A DNA stretch of 64,000 nt, from positions 1 to 64,000 of IMG/VR virus record IMGVR_UViG_3300032050_000004. The stretch is one strand, 5' to 3'. The notes beneath the pieces were generated by a model, which worked only from the letters and a program-made list of their open reading frames with translations, did no database searches and was not told the origin of the DNA. A program made the translations under genes and the position numbers. Below are positions 11,274-19,845 of the stretch, one piece after another. The number at the start of each line of letters is the position of its first letter. The first letter of the stretch is position 1.

Positions 11274-11546
11274 TTAATCTATTTCCCCCTCATCAGCGAG
11301 TAACACGTCCCCAACAATCACATCAGTCATCCCATAGTGTTTTTGGAAAATCTCCGTTGCCTTTGAATTTATCTCAAAACCATTCAATTTACCCTCCTCG
11401 TTCAAAACAAGGAATTTATTTCCCACACCCACAATTTCAATATATCCATCAACGAACCCCTGTAGTTCCTTCAGTGAAAATCCATGCCCCTTTTTGCTGG
11501 GATAAACTTCACTAACATCCCCGTTTGCTTTCATTAATATTCCCAT
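11274..11546 (-). CDS. DUF3846-domain protein
   Basis: SLKELQGFVDGYIEIV...LNEEGKLNG..IN.KAT...DVIVGDV. Confidence 0.8.
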   Translation of the reverse strand: MGILMKANGDVSEVYPSKKGHGFSLKELQGFVDGYIEIVGVGNKFLVLNEEGKLNGFEINSKATEIFQKHYGMTDVIVGDVLLADEGEID

Positions 11547-11588
11547 AGTTTTATCTTTTTAATCAATACGTTTTTTAATTCAAAAGGT

Positions 11589-12044
11589 TTAATTCTTAAC
11601 CCAATTTAATTTATATGTAGGGTTATATCTTCCTTCCGAACAATTTCCACAAGATTGACTTTTGTTTGTTTTTCTGAACCTTGTAAATACTTTGTTGCAA
11701 CCACAACAAGTCGCTGAATAATTTCCTTTGACAGTTTCTACTTCATTTGAACTATAACACCTTTCGCCATCACATCCAATCTGAATTGCTTTCGCTCTCC
11801 AAACTTCATTATGTCCTTCCTTCGGACAAAGTGCGTGAGCAATTTCGTGCAAGATTGTATTCTTAACCCTACTCATTTCGTTTAATTCAGTCAAATACAC
11901 TGATAATGTAATTCGCTTTGAACGATACTTGCAACAACCAAACCTTCTTTTTGCATTGTCAAATTCAAATCTCCAACCCTGCTGAACTATTCCGTGTTTA
12001 GTCATAAGTTGAATTGCCAAATCTTTTGCTTCGTTGAGTTTCAT
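11589..12044 (-). CDS. SprT-like zinc metalloprotease
   Basis: FEFDNAKRRFGCC, TILHEIAHA (HExxH), H...W, and C-terminal CxxC zinc-ribbon motifs. Likely start is MKLNE at 12044. Confidence 0.85.
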   Translation of the reverse strand: MKLNEAKDLAIQLMTKHGIVQQGWRFEFDNAKRRFGCCKYRSKRITLSVYLTELNEMSRVKNTILHEIAHALCPKEGHNEVWRAKAIQIGCDGERCYSSNEVETVKGNYSATCCGCNKVFTRFRKTNKSQSCGNCSEGRYNPTYKLNWVKN

Positions 12045-12121
12045 AATAGGTGGTTTATACATTCAATACGGATAAAATAAAAAAAGGTTTAAGACCACCA
12101 CAAAACTATTTTCAAAAATTT

Positions 12122-12275
12122 AGATATACGAATATGAATATTTAAATTACATTATCAAAAATGTAAATTAGTTTTTTTAATTCGTATATCTTGTTTGGGA
12201 TTTGACCCCTGTAAACGCCAGATCCGGGCTAGGAAACAGGTTCTAGCGGGAGAGATTGGAAATTATGCGGGAGAG
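12122..12275. repeat. Phased intergenic element copy F (both halves, 8-bp spacer)
   Basis: AGATATACGA 12122, TTACAT 12147, ATGTAA 12161, TCGTATATCT 12182-12191; CTG 12209, CAG 12219, CTAG 12229. Confidence 0.85.
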
Positions 12276-12541
12276 ATAAAAACAAAAAACCCACAACTTC
12301 CGTTGCGGGTTTCAAGCGGGGGAGAATCTCAACCCCTATTATTTAAAGTATTTCTCTGTCTTTCATACTTTTTCCATCAGTTTTATTTGAAATTCCACTT
12401 TCTTCATTAATTCTCTTTGACAATCATCACACCTTTCCCTAAAAAACAATTTGAGATTAGGTTTATTATTATCACAATGTTTGCAAGGTTTCTTCCAAGC
12501 CTTGTCAAAGGCATTATCAGTAATCATACCTTTCATATCCT

Positions 12542-12754
12542 TTATTTTTCTTTTTCGTAACCAATTCCTTTGAAATTATAGTTTCCATTCTTTATTTCAG
12601 CAATATCAGCATCTAATGCTTGCTTATAATCGTCCCTTTTCTTTTCTGCATCCTTACAACTCATACAAATTACATCCTCGTTATACATTGACATAATTGT
12701 AACTCCATTTGTTGATTGGTGACATCGGTCACAATTTTCTCGGTACATTGACAT
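12542..12754 (-). CDS. Small Cys-rich (CxxC...CxxC) conserved protein
   Basis: CDRC...IMSMYNEDVICMSCK...GNYNFKGIG. Confidence 0.6.
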   Translation of the reverse strand: MSMYRENCDRCHQSTNGVTIMSMYNEDVICMSCKDAEKKRDDYKQALDADIAEIKNGNYNFKGIGYEKEK

Positions 12755-13290
12755 AGGTTTTGTTTTTTTTATTTATCAATAAATTCTAAACTTTTATAAG
12801 CAATATCCAATACTGCACCATTATCAAATCTTACTGCTACAAATGTATCCCAACTACCCCACATACCTACTTTATAATTTGGTATAGTTTTTCCACTTGA
12901 ACCCTCAATACATCTTGAATCATACCTTGTCAAATCAACTTTAAGTTTCACTTTTTTGGGTTTACCGCCTATTTGCATATTTCTTCTTTTTTGGTTATGC
13001 TATCAATACGAATAAAATTAAAAAAGGTTTAATTAAAAAACACAAATCATTAAAAAAACAATCGCAGCCAAAATTTGCATTCTATTCAATCCTTTTGAAA
13101 CTCCCTCTCTGCTCATAAAACTTGTCTGAACAATCATAACCAATGCTGAAACTGAAATTATCTTGTCAATCAATAAACACTCATCCCAAGGATGTTTTCC
13201 GAAATACAAAATAGAGAAACAATAAGCAAAATATCCTATGATTGAAAGATGAACTCTGAATGTTCTGAATTGAAGGTTTGTAATCATATC

Positions 13291-13731
13291 TTATGAATTA
13301 GAATTGCTCTTGTAAAATATATTGTATTGAATAGGTAGTCCTTGTGTTGAATTACACACATTCACAGTAGCAATAGAATCGTTTATATTGTAAGTAGAGA
13401 TAAATGGGTGTTCAAATAGATTGCCCGAAACTCTTTTTATTCCACCCTCAAAATAATAATTGAAAGTAAGATTTATTGAATTATCCTCATTTTTGAAATA
13501 CACACAATTCCCAAGTGTTCTTTCTTGATAATCTACATAATCCACAATTCTGTTAATCTTGTAAGGTTTGATATTATGTAGTTCATAATTTTGACCTTGA
13601 TAATTTACTTTGAAAAATAGATTAAAATCCAAATTATCTGAACCATAAACTCTTTCAGGACTGGTCAAAGGTTCTTTCTCGCAAGACGAACAAAGAAAGA
13701 CAATAGATAGAATTATTAGTAGGTTTTTCAT
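13291..13731 (-). CDS. Bacteroidota-type lipoprotein
   Basis: Lipobox MKNLLIILSIVFLCSSC-EKE. Confidence 0.7.
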   Translation of the reverse strand: MKNLLIILSIVFLCSSCEKEPLTSPERVYGSDNLDFNLFFKVNYQGQNYELHNIKPYKINRIVDYVDYQERTLGNCVYFKNEDNSINLTFNYYFEGGIKRVSGNLFEHPFISTYNINDSIATVNVCNSTQGLPIQYNIFYKSNSNS

Positions 13732-13778
13732 AGTGGTTATTTTTTAATCAATACTGATTTTTATTAAAAAGGTTTAAT

Positions 13779-14057
13779 TTAATCCCACTTTCTTACCATA
13801 TAAACATACGATGTATCAATATCCTCCAATTTGAAATTGGGGTTAGTCCTTCTTTGATTATCTACAACTTTCAAATCCATAGTATAGCACCAATCTTTTC
13901 TTTCTTGCTCACTCAATTCGTGTCCTACAAAGAATGAACTGCTCGCATAACCGAACTTTGACTTATCCAAAGTGTAGCAATGATTGTAAACATAATCTTC
14001 CTTTGTGCAAGATGAAAGAGTAAAAATTACTCCGATGATGATGATAAGTTTTTTCAT
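13779..14057 (-). CDS. Bacteroidota-type lipoprotein
   Basis: MKKLIIIIGVIFTLSSC-TKED; class-1 promoter at 14075. Confidence 0.7.
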   Translation of the reverse strand: MKKLIIIIGVIFTLSSCTKEDYVYNHCYTLDKSKFGYASSSFFVGHELSEQERKDWCYTMDLKVVDNQRRTNPNFKLEDIDTSYVYMVRKWD

Positions 14058-14464
14058 AGTGGTTGGTTTTTTAATCAATACGTATTTTATTAGAAAAGGT
14101 TTAAAATAAATATGATTAAATATCATATCTACTTATGTCAAATCCATAACCCATCTCACTACAAATTTTATTTACCCTTGAACAAATATGATATTCAGGT
14201 TCAGTATCATTTACCTCACTATGTTTCTCTGAAATCTTTTTCATACCCTCTGAAATCATTTGTATAACCTCTTCTTTTGTTACACGATACTTTCCTTTTA
14301 CTTTCTTTTCAATCTTCACAACAAGCGAATGACACATCTTATCACCCGATTTTGTAAACATTTCATAACTTGGGATTGATTGTTTGGTTGTGGTTTCCAT
14401 TGTGTTTAGGTTTTTCTATCAGTACGGATTGGGGAGAAAAAGGTTTAATTTACATAGATAATTT

Positions 14465-14662
14465 TCCACCAGTCGTCACCCTGAACTCACCAGTCATCCA
14501 CAGGGAGAGAATTAAAAACAGATATACGATCTTTAAAAGTTATTTTACATTTTTAGGGGAGAGATAAAAATGTAATTTAGTTTTTTCTATTCGTATATCT
14601 CTTGTGGAAATTACCACTGCTGTGGAATCAGGTGAATCGCCGCACGAGGCAGGATTAACAGC
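14465..14662. repeat. Phased intergenic element copy G (both halves, 19-bp spacer, two arms)
   Basis: CWG at 14470, 14481, 14491, 14501; AGATATACGA 14520; TCGTATATCT 14591-14600; CNG at 14620, 14629, 14640, 14650, 14659; terminator at 14663-14694. Confidence 0.9.
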
Positions 14663-14890
14663 AAAAAAAAAGACCGAACTTTCGTTCAGTCTTTGTCAAA
14701 CACCATTGGTGCCATTCCTATTGTTGTCGGGTAATCATCTTATTCATATTTGTAGTCCCCTTCGAATTTAAAACCCGAACTGAACCACCATAAAGATAGT
14801 CTTAATGACCAATACATATTCCTTCCGTGCATCCTTCCATTTACATAGCATTCGTATGCTTTCTTGATTCGATAACGATTTATTTTCATA

Positions 14891-15067
14891 TTAATTTTCC
14901 TCCTCCAATAATTGTTTAATTGATTCGATACATAAACTCATTTCGTGTTGAGGTGAACCCCCTTCTTCTATTTCACTTTGACATAATTCTACTAATCCAA
15001 TAACCTCATCTTTAAGGTTTGGGTGTTCGCTAATAAATTGCTTTGCAAATTGAATTACTTCTTTCAT
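14891..15067 (-). CDS. Small hypothetical protein (58 aa, not in the track)
   Basis: MKEVIQFAKQFISEHPNLKDEVIGLVELCQSEIEEGGSPQHE...; class-1 promoter at 15084. Confidence 0.6.
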   Translation of the reverse strand: MKEVIQFAKQFISEHPNLKDEVIGLVELCQSEIEEGGSPQHEMSLCIESIKQLLEEEN

Positions 15068-15481
15068 AGGTTTTATTTTTTAATCAATACGGAAATAAAT
15101 TAAAAAGGTTTAATTATTAAATAAAAAAAGGGTTCGGTAACCAGCCGAACCCCTAACCATAAAAAACCACCTATGAACCACGAACTTTCTTTATTTCCTT
15201 GCCTTTTCTATCAATACTAATTTAATTTGAAAAGGTTTATTTTTTTTTATTTTTTTTATACTTGCTTTTCTAATAATTATATTTTATTTTAGTTAAAGAT
15301 TAAGCATTACTATTATTGTTTGCTTTAGTCATAGTGTTTTGTTTTGTCCGTAGCCCGTTTAGTCACGGGCTATGGTTTTTTTAGAAGGTGTTGATTGTGT
15401 GAATGAATGAACAAATCATAAATCCACCCAACACCATAACCACAAGCAACTCAATGGTGTATTTAATTTTATTTTCCATTT

Positions 15482-15676
15482 TCAATAGAAATTATAACAT
15501 CCATAACTTTTTACACTTTTGTTCCTCGAATACTTCTTAACATTTGAAGATGAATGTTTTTGAGTTTTTTGTTTGAATTTAGTTATGCTTGAATACGCAG
15601 CACATTGCTCTGTTGAACTACAAGAACTCAAAAACCAAACCGAAATAATTGCCGTTACAATAATTAATTTTTTCAT
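15482..15676 (-). CDS. Small lipoprotein with SC....C.AY motif and basic tail
   Basis: MKKLIIVTAIISVWFLSSCSSTEQCAAY. Confidence 0.65.
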   Translation of the reverse strand: MKKLIIVTAIISVWFLSSCSSTEQCAAYSSITKFKQKTQKHSSSNVKKYSRNKSVKSYGCYNFY

Positions 15677-16191
15677 ATATATAAAGTTTTTAGTTTTCAA
15701 ACAAATAAAACATACCAAAATTGTGTATCCCAACAATGCTTACAACCACATTTCCTTTATTGTCTTTGGGAGCATTCTCAACCATAAATTGAACTGCCCT
15801 CATTTCAGCAATCTTTTGAATAAACTCTTTTAGAGAATTGCTAATTTCGTTATTTTCGTTTTCTTCTTTCATAGTTTTAGGTTTTTAATCAATACGGAAA
15901 TAAATTAAAAAGGTTTATTAGAATCGTAAACTAATTTCATATAGAAATCGCTCACTTCATCCATATCATCAGATTGAAATACTACATTATACCAATCTGA
16001 CCGATATTCACCACCCGAAGTCATAAACATTTTATTATCTTCTTTATTAAGATAAATTACAAATTTCTTTTCAGTATTTGATAGAGGAGGATTTGGGTTA
16101 AATTCTTGTTCTTTGGTCTTTTTCATAGTTCTTGGTTCTTACAATCAATACTTATATTATTAGAAAAGGTTTGAATTAAATTGAAATTTTT

Positions 16192-16430
16192 CTCCCTGAT
16201 AAACATCCTGATTTTTACTGGATCAATCCTGAGAACTGGCGTTTTACAGGGGAGAGTTTTATAAAAGATATACGATATTAAATTTCTAATTTACATTTTT
16301 AGGGGAGAGATAAAAATGTATTTTACTTTTTTTAATTCGTATATCTTGTTTGGAATTTTTCCGCCTTCCAGCTCGAGTTCAGGCTGAGGAGAGGCTCAAG
16401 CGGGAGAAGTCAAAGTTCAGCGGGGGAGAA
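16192..16430. repeat. Phased intergenic element copy H (both halves, 19-bp spacer identical to copy G)
   Basis: CWG at 16196, 16208, 16218, 16229, 16247; AGATATACGA 16266; TCGTATATCT 16337-16346. Confidence 0.9.
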
Positions 16431-16725
16431 TAAAAACGAAAACCCCCACCTCTTGCGAAGCGGGGGTCTTATTTTATTTAGCGGGGGGAGTGCCATATAA
16501 GGCGAGTTCCATTTTCCCCTATCGAAGTGCCGTTGGGTCAATTCGGCTTGTCTATATCGGCTCGGATTTTAATGCCCTGCCTATCGGGAACCCTTTTAGT
16601 TTCTATATATTTTATAAAGATAATTATTAAGATTTAATTTCGGGGGGACTCTTGTTCATCTATATTCGGATTAAGCAATGTTTTGATTTTTTTTATCATA
16701 TAGGGTTATTTTGAATTTACTATCG

Positions 16726-16905
16726 CTAATATCGAAGTTTCGCACGTTTCATTCCTTTCGCAGCAGCCACACTTGGTCGATGCTTGTGATTGTTATATTT
16801 ATGTTTTCCCACATCACGATACGCCCAACAAGTTTCAGTAGATGCACAAGAAGTCATTGTAAGACCATATCCGATAATCATTACAGCAAGAAGGAGTTTT
16901 TTCAT
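16726..16905 (-). CDS. Small lipoprotein (59 aa, not in the track), paralogue-like to 15482-15676
   Basis: MKKLLLAVMIIGYGLTMTSCASTETCWAYRDVGKHK...; class-1 promoter at 16931. Confidence 0.65.
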   Translation of the reverse strand: MKKLLLAVMIIGYGLTMTSCASTETCWAYRDVGKHKYNNHKHRPSVAAAKGMKRAKLRY

Positions 16906-16976
16906 AGTGTTTGTTTTTTTTGTTATACTATCAATACTTTTTTAATTTAGAAAGGTTTAAGATATTTCAATTTTAT

Positions 16977-17246
16977 TTACAAATAATCACTTCCGTTATT
17001 GAGTGTTGTTTTACTTTTAATGAACTCCATTACTTTGTCAGCATAATAAGATGAAGTCAATTCGTTCAGATAGCTCAAAGTTTTCCAATAAGCATCATAT
17101 TCATTTGTCATAAAATTTCCTCCAACAACTTCCTTTTTACTATTGTAGTCAAGTGCTTTAATTGAAAGTGCATTTCCGTTCAAGTCAACCTTGATAATTC
17201 CTCCAACCGCATATTCTCCAATCTTAAATGATTTTGTTGCTTTCAT
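16977..17246 (-). CDS. Hypothetical phage protein
   Basis: ORF track; class-1 promoter at 17262. Confidence 0.55.
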   Translation of the reverse strand: MKATKSFKIGEYAVGGIIKVDLNGNALSIKALDYNSKKEVVGGNFMTNEYDAYWKTLSYLNELTSSYYADKVMEFIKSKTTLNNGSDYL

Positions 17247-17756
17247 AAGTTTGTTTTTTAATCAATACGATTTAATTAGAAAAAGGTCTAATTTTTATCA
17301 AAGAATTATAAATTAAACCACTAATCATAATTGATATAATCATATCGAACCAAACAAATAAAAACAAATCATCCCTTGTTGGTGTTTGAAATAATAAGAT
17401 ACTCATACAACAAATTGTATTTATTAGTAAAATACCAATCAAGGTTGCACCAATGTAATTTGACAAAGTTCTTTCCATATTTTTTTATTTTTTAGATTAG
17501 ATTAAAAAAGGGATATTGTTAATACCCCTTTTTATGTTTATCCTTTCTTGAATAAGTTTTTTTATCCCGATACACTTTTTCTTTGTGTATGTTATACATA
17601 CCCATTTCAAGCATAATATCTCGATGGATACCCTTATCCACTTTCACTTTTTCCTTTGCAGTATTTACCTTTTTCATTGTGTTTTAGTTTTTGTTGGTTC
17701 ATAGTTACAATCAATACTAATAAATTGTAAATAGGTTTAAGAAAAACAAAAAAAAT

Positions 17757-17890
17757 CCCCCCCAGAAACCAGCCCGTTTTTCTGGCTATGCTATAATATA
17801 GATATACGATATTAAAAAGGTATTTTACATTTTTTGCGTTATGCATTTTGTGTAATAAAATGTATTTTATTTATTTCAATTCGTATATCT
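17757..17890. repeat. Phased intergenic element copy I (29-bp spacer) at the minus-to-plus strand switch
   Basis: AGATATACGA 17800, TTACAT 17825, ATGTAT 17860, TCGTATATCT 17881-17890. Confidence 0.85.
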
Positions 17891-18016
17891 GAAATTTACA
17901 ATATCCAATTTTCAAGCACAAACACCTCAAAATATAATTTCATTTATTTTAATTTACCTTAAACCTTTTCCTATTAAATAAGTATTGATAATATAACCAA
18001 CAAAAAAACTACGAAA

Positions 18017-18664
18017 ATGAAAACCACCAACAAAACACTTAATGAACTTATCGCAAAGATTGTTTCAGTTTATGGATGTGATGAACAACAAGTATTGCGA
18101 CTAATTGAAATTACAACGGATATGTCAAAGGGTGCAAAATTTGCAACAATCAAAGATTATTCATCGGACAAATCTGAACATTCTGAAATTGCAAATCATT
18201 CTATTATCTTAAACTTTTCATATAAAAATATGAAAAAAGATGATAAAGAAACTTTGAGAACTTTTGATGTTAATTTAGTTGATGTAAATAAATTCAATTA
18301 TGATAGTATTGATACAAAAGGTATGGAATTGAGTGCATATAAAAATGAAGTAAGAAATTCACTACAAAATGCACTTTATGAAATAAATAACCCTAAACAA
18401 GTTGAAAGGGTAAATAATGATGATTACTTGAATGATATTTTAGTGTTTAATTGGAATACTGAAAGATTGTCAATAATTGGTCAAGGGGTAAAAAAAGAAA
18501 CAATAGTTGAAGGAGAATATAAAAAAGTAAAGTCAGCACCTTTGACAATAGCAAAAAAGTTGATAATGAAACAAGCAAATTTAAGAGTTGATAAATATCG
18601 TAGGTATGCAATAGACAATTTAAGTATTGTTAATTTGCAAGGGGAAAATTTGGAAATTCAATAA
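18017..18664 (+). CDS. Hypothetical phage protein
   Basis: 215-aa ORF behind a plus-strand class-1 promoter (17959); terminator at 18678-18705. Confidence 0.65.
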   Translation: MKTTNKTLNELIAKIVSVYGCDEQQVLRLIEITTDMSKGAKFATIKDYSSDKSEHSEIANHSIILNFSYKNMKKDDKETLRTFDVNLVDVNKFNYDSIDTKGMELSAYKNEVRNSLQNALYEINNPKQVERVNNDDYLNDILVFNWNTERLSIIGQGVKKETIVEGEYKKVKSAPLTIAKKLIMKQANLRVDKYRRYAIDNLSIVNLQGENLEIQ

Positions 18665-18774
18665 AACAAGGCAAATTAAAAGGGGAAAAAATTTCCCCTT
18701 TTTTTATATTAAATCTTAAACCTTTTTAATTAAAATAAGTATTGATATTGTAACCAACTAAAAAACTAAACACT

Positions 18775-18975
18775 ATGAGCAAGGTAAGATTAAAAAAATT
18801 CGCAGTAAATTTCTACAACAATCTTTTGAAGGAAGAAAAAAGAATAGAAATCGAAGCGTATCGCGAAAAGGAAGCAATCGAAATTGCAACTTTGGAATTG
18901 GACATCAAATGTTCGCATTGGACTGAAGAATTAGCAGAGTATTTTACACTACAAAAGGTTGAATTGGTCAAGTAG
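18775..18975 (+). CDS. Small hypothetical protein
   Basis: Class-1 promoter at 18716; terminator at 18996-19029. Confidence 0.55.
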   Translation: MSKVRLKKFAVNFYNNLLKEEKRIEIEAYREKEAIEIATLELDIKCSHWTEELAEYFTLQKVELVK

Positions 18976-19030
18976 GTTTGATAGGTTAAACTTGAAAAGG
19001 GGTTGAACGAAAGTTCGCCCCTTTTTTTTG

Positions 19031-19240
19031 TATCCTGAAATTTCCCGTCAAATCCCTGAACCCGACGGTAAAAAAACAGGTACGATAAAAAACAGATATA
19101 CGATATTAAATTTCTTATTTACATTTTTATAAGGGGTTTGAAAATGTATTTTACTTTTTTTTAATCGTATATCTTATTTGGAAATTTCTCGATCAACTGC
19201 CGGTTCCGGGCTGGAAAATTTCAGGATTGAACCCTGAGAA
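19031..19240. repeat. Phased intergenic element copy J (both halves, 19-bp spacer)
   Basis: CNG at 19035, 19045, 19056, 19066, 19077; AGATATACGA 19094; TCGTATATCT 19165-19174. Confidence 0.9.
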
Positions 19241-19397
19241 ATTTTTTTTCAAAAGATGATAAAGATTGGGATAGAAAATACGTATTACTATTATAAGGGG
19301 TTAATGAAAAATAAATTTTCATACCCACCAAAGATTTGGTTAGGTAAATACGTATTACTATTAGAAGAAGTCAAACAATATAAAACTCAAAAACAAA

Positions 19398-19793
19398 ATG
19401 AAAACAAATGTAGAACAACTTGTAAAGTTTGAAAATGAAACAATGAAATCATTAAATGAATTACGACCTATTGTATTTGACCTTTTTGGTAAAGGTGTAT
19501 TGGGGGTAAAAATGTTTCAAGATGAAAATTACCTTCAAATAACCAATTACACTTGGGGTAGTGAAGAATACATTGAGAAGTTGAATAAACTTGTAACTCA
19601 TTATGAATTTGCCAAAACTTTTTGGTACAATAATTTTAATGTACAAGAAGCAATAGACAAGTATAATCATTATTGTTGTGGTGTACTTATGAGAGAAGCA
19701 GAGAAGAAAAGAATTTTAACCTATGTTTATTTTATTTGGATGCTAAATATGGTAAGTGGAGAATTAAGGAATATCATTGTTTCAAGCAATTAA
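19398..19793 (+). CDS. Hypothetical phage protein
   Basis: ORF track; tandem variant promoters AAAGATT...AAATACGTATTACTATT at 19261 and 19330; terminator at 19814-19843. Confidence 0.55.
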   Translation: MKTNVEQLVKFENETMKSLNELRPIVFDLFGKGVLGVKMFQDENYLQITNYTWGSEEYIEKLNKLVTHYEFAKTFWYNNFNVQEAIDKYNHYCCGVLMREAEKKRILTYVYFIWMLNMVSGELRNIIVSSN

Positions 19794-19845
19794 ATGGAGT
19801 TTGGTAATTTGACAAAGGGGTTGAGAAATCAATCCCTTTTTTTAT

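Larger units (their letters stand above)
1488..17478 (-). other. Array of >40 small (50-150 aa) hypothetical early-type ORFs, almost all on the minus strand
   Basis: Examples: 1488-1709, 2907-3113, 3166-3396, 3654-3899, 4787-4999, 5003-5215, 5260-5487, 7219-7503, 8649-8915, 10106-10330, 10342-10668, 10699-11085, 12769-12978, 13033-13287, 14116-14400, 14740-14889, 15905-16126, 17272-17478. They are tightly packed between repeated promoters and terminators. Confidence 0.8.
1153..18746. promoter_or_regulatory. Class-1 repeated promoter motif TTAAAC-CTTTT-N11-(C/A)GTATTGAT, ~29 copies
   Basis: Minus-strand copies (seen on + as TCAATACG-N16-GTTTAA) start at ~1153, 1229, 1730, 3133, 3414, 4380, 5234, 5489, 6144, 6435, 7520, 8443, 8941, 10673, 11563, 12063, 13003, 13748, 14075, 14419, 15084, 15211, 15889, 16145, 16931, 17262 and 17711. 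Plus-strand copies are at 17959 and 18716. Most lie 5-30 nt upstream of a start codon, and orientation flips with gene orientation. Confidence 0.9.

Noticed and set aside
1286-17846. Track ORFs overlapping the elements (1286-1495, 1374-1649, 7635-7832, 12195-12410, 14370-14567, 17634-17846)
   Set aside because: They run through the conserved half-sites and terminators, lack class-1 promoters and have atypical composition, so they are likely spurious.
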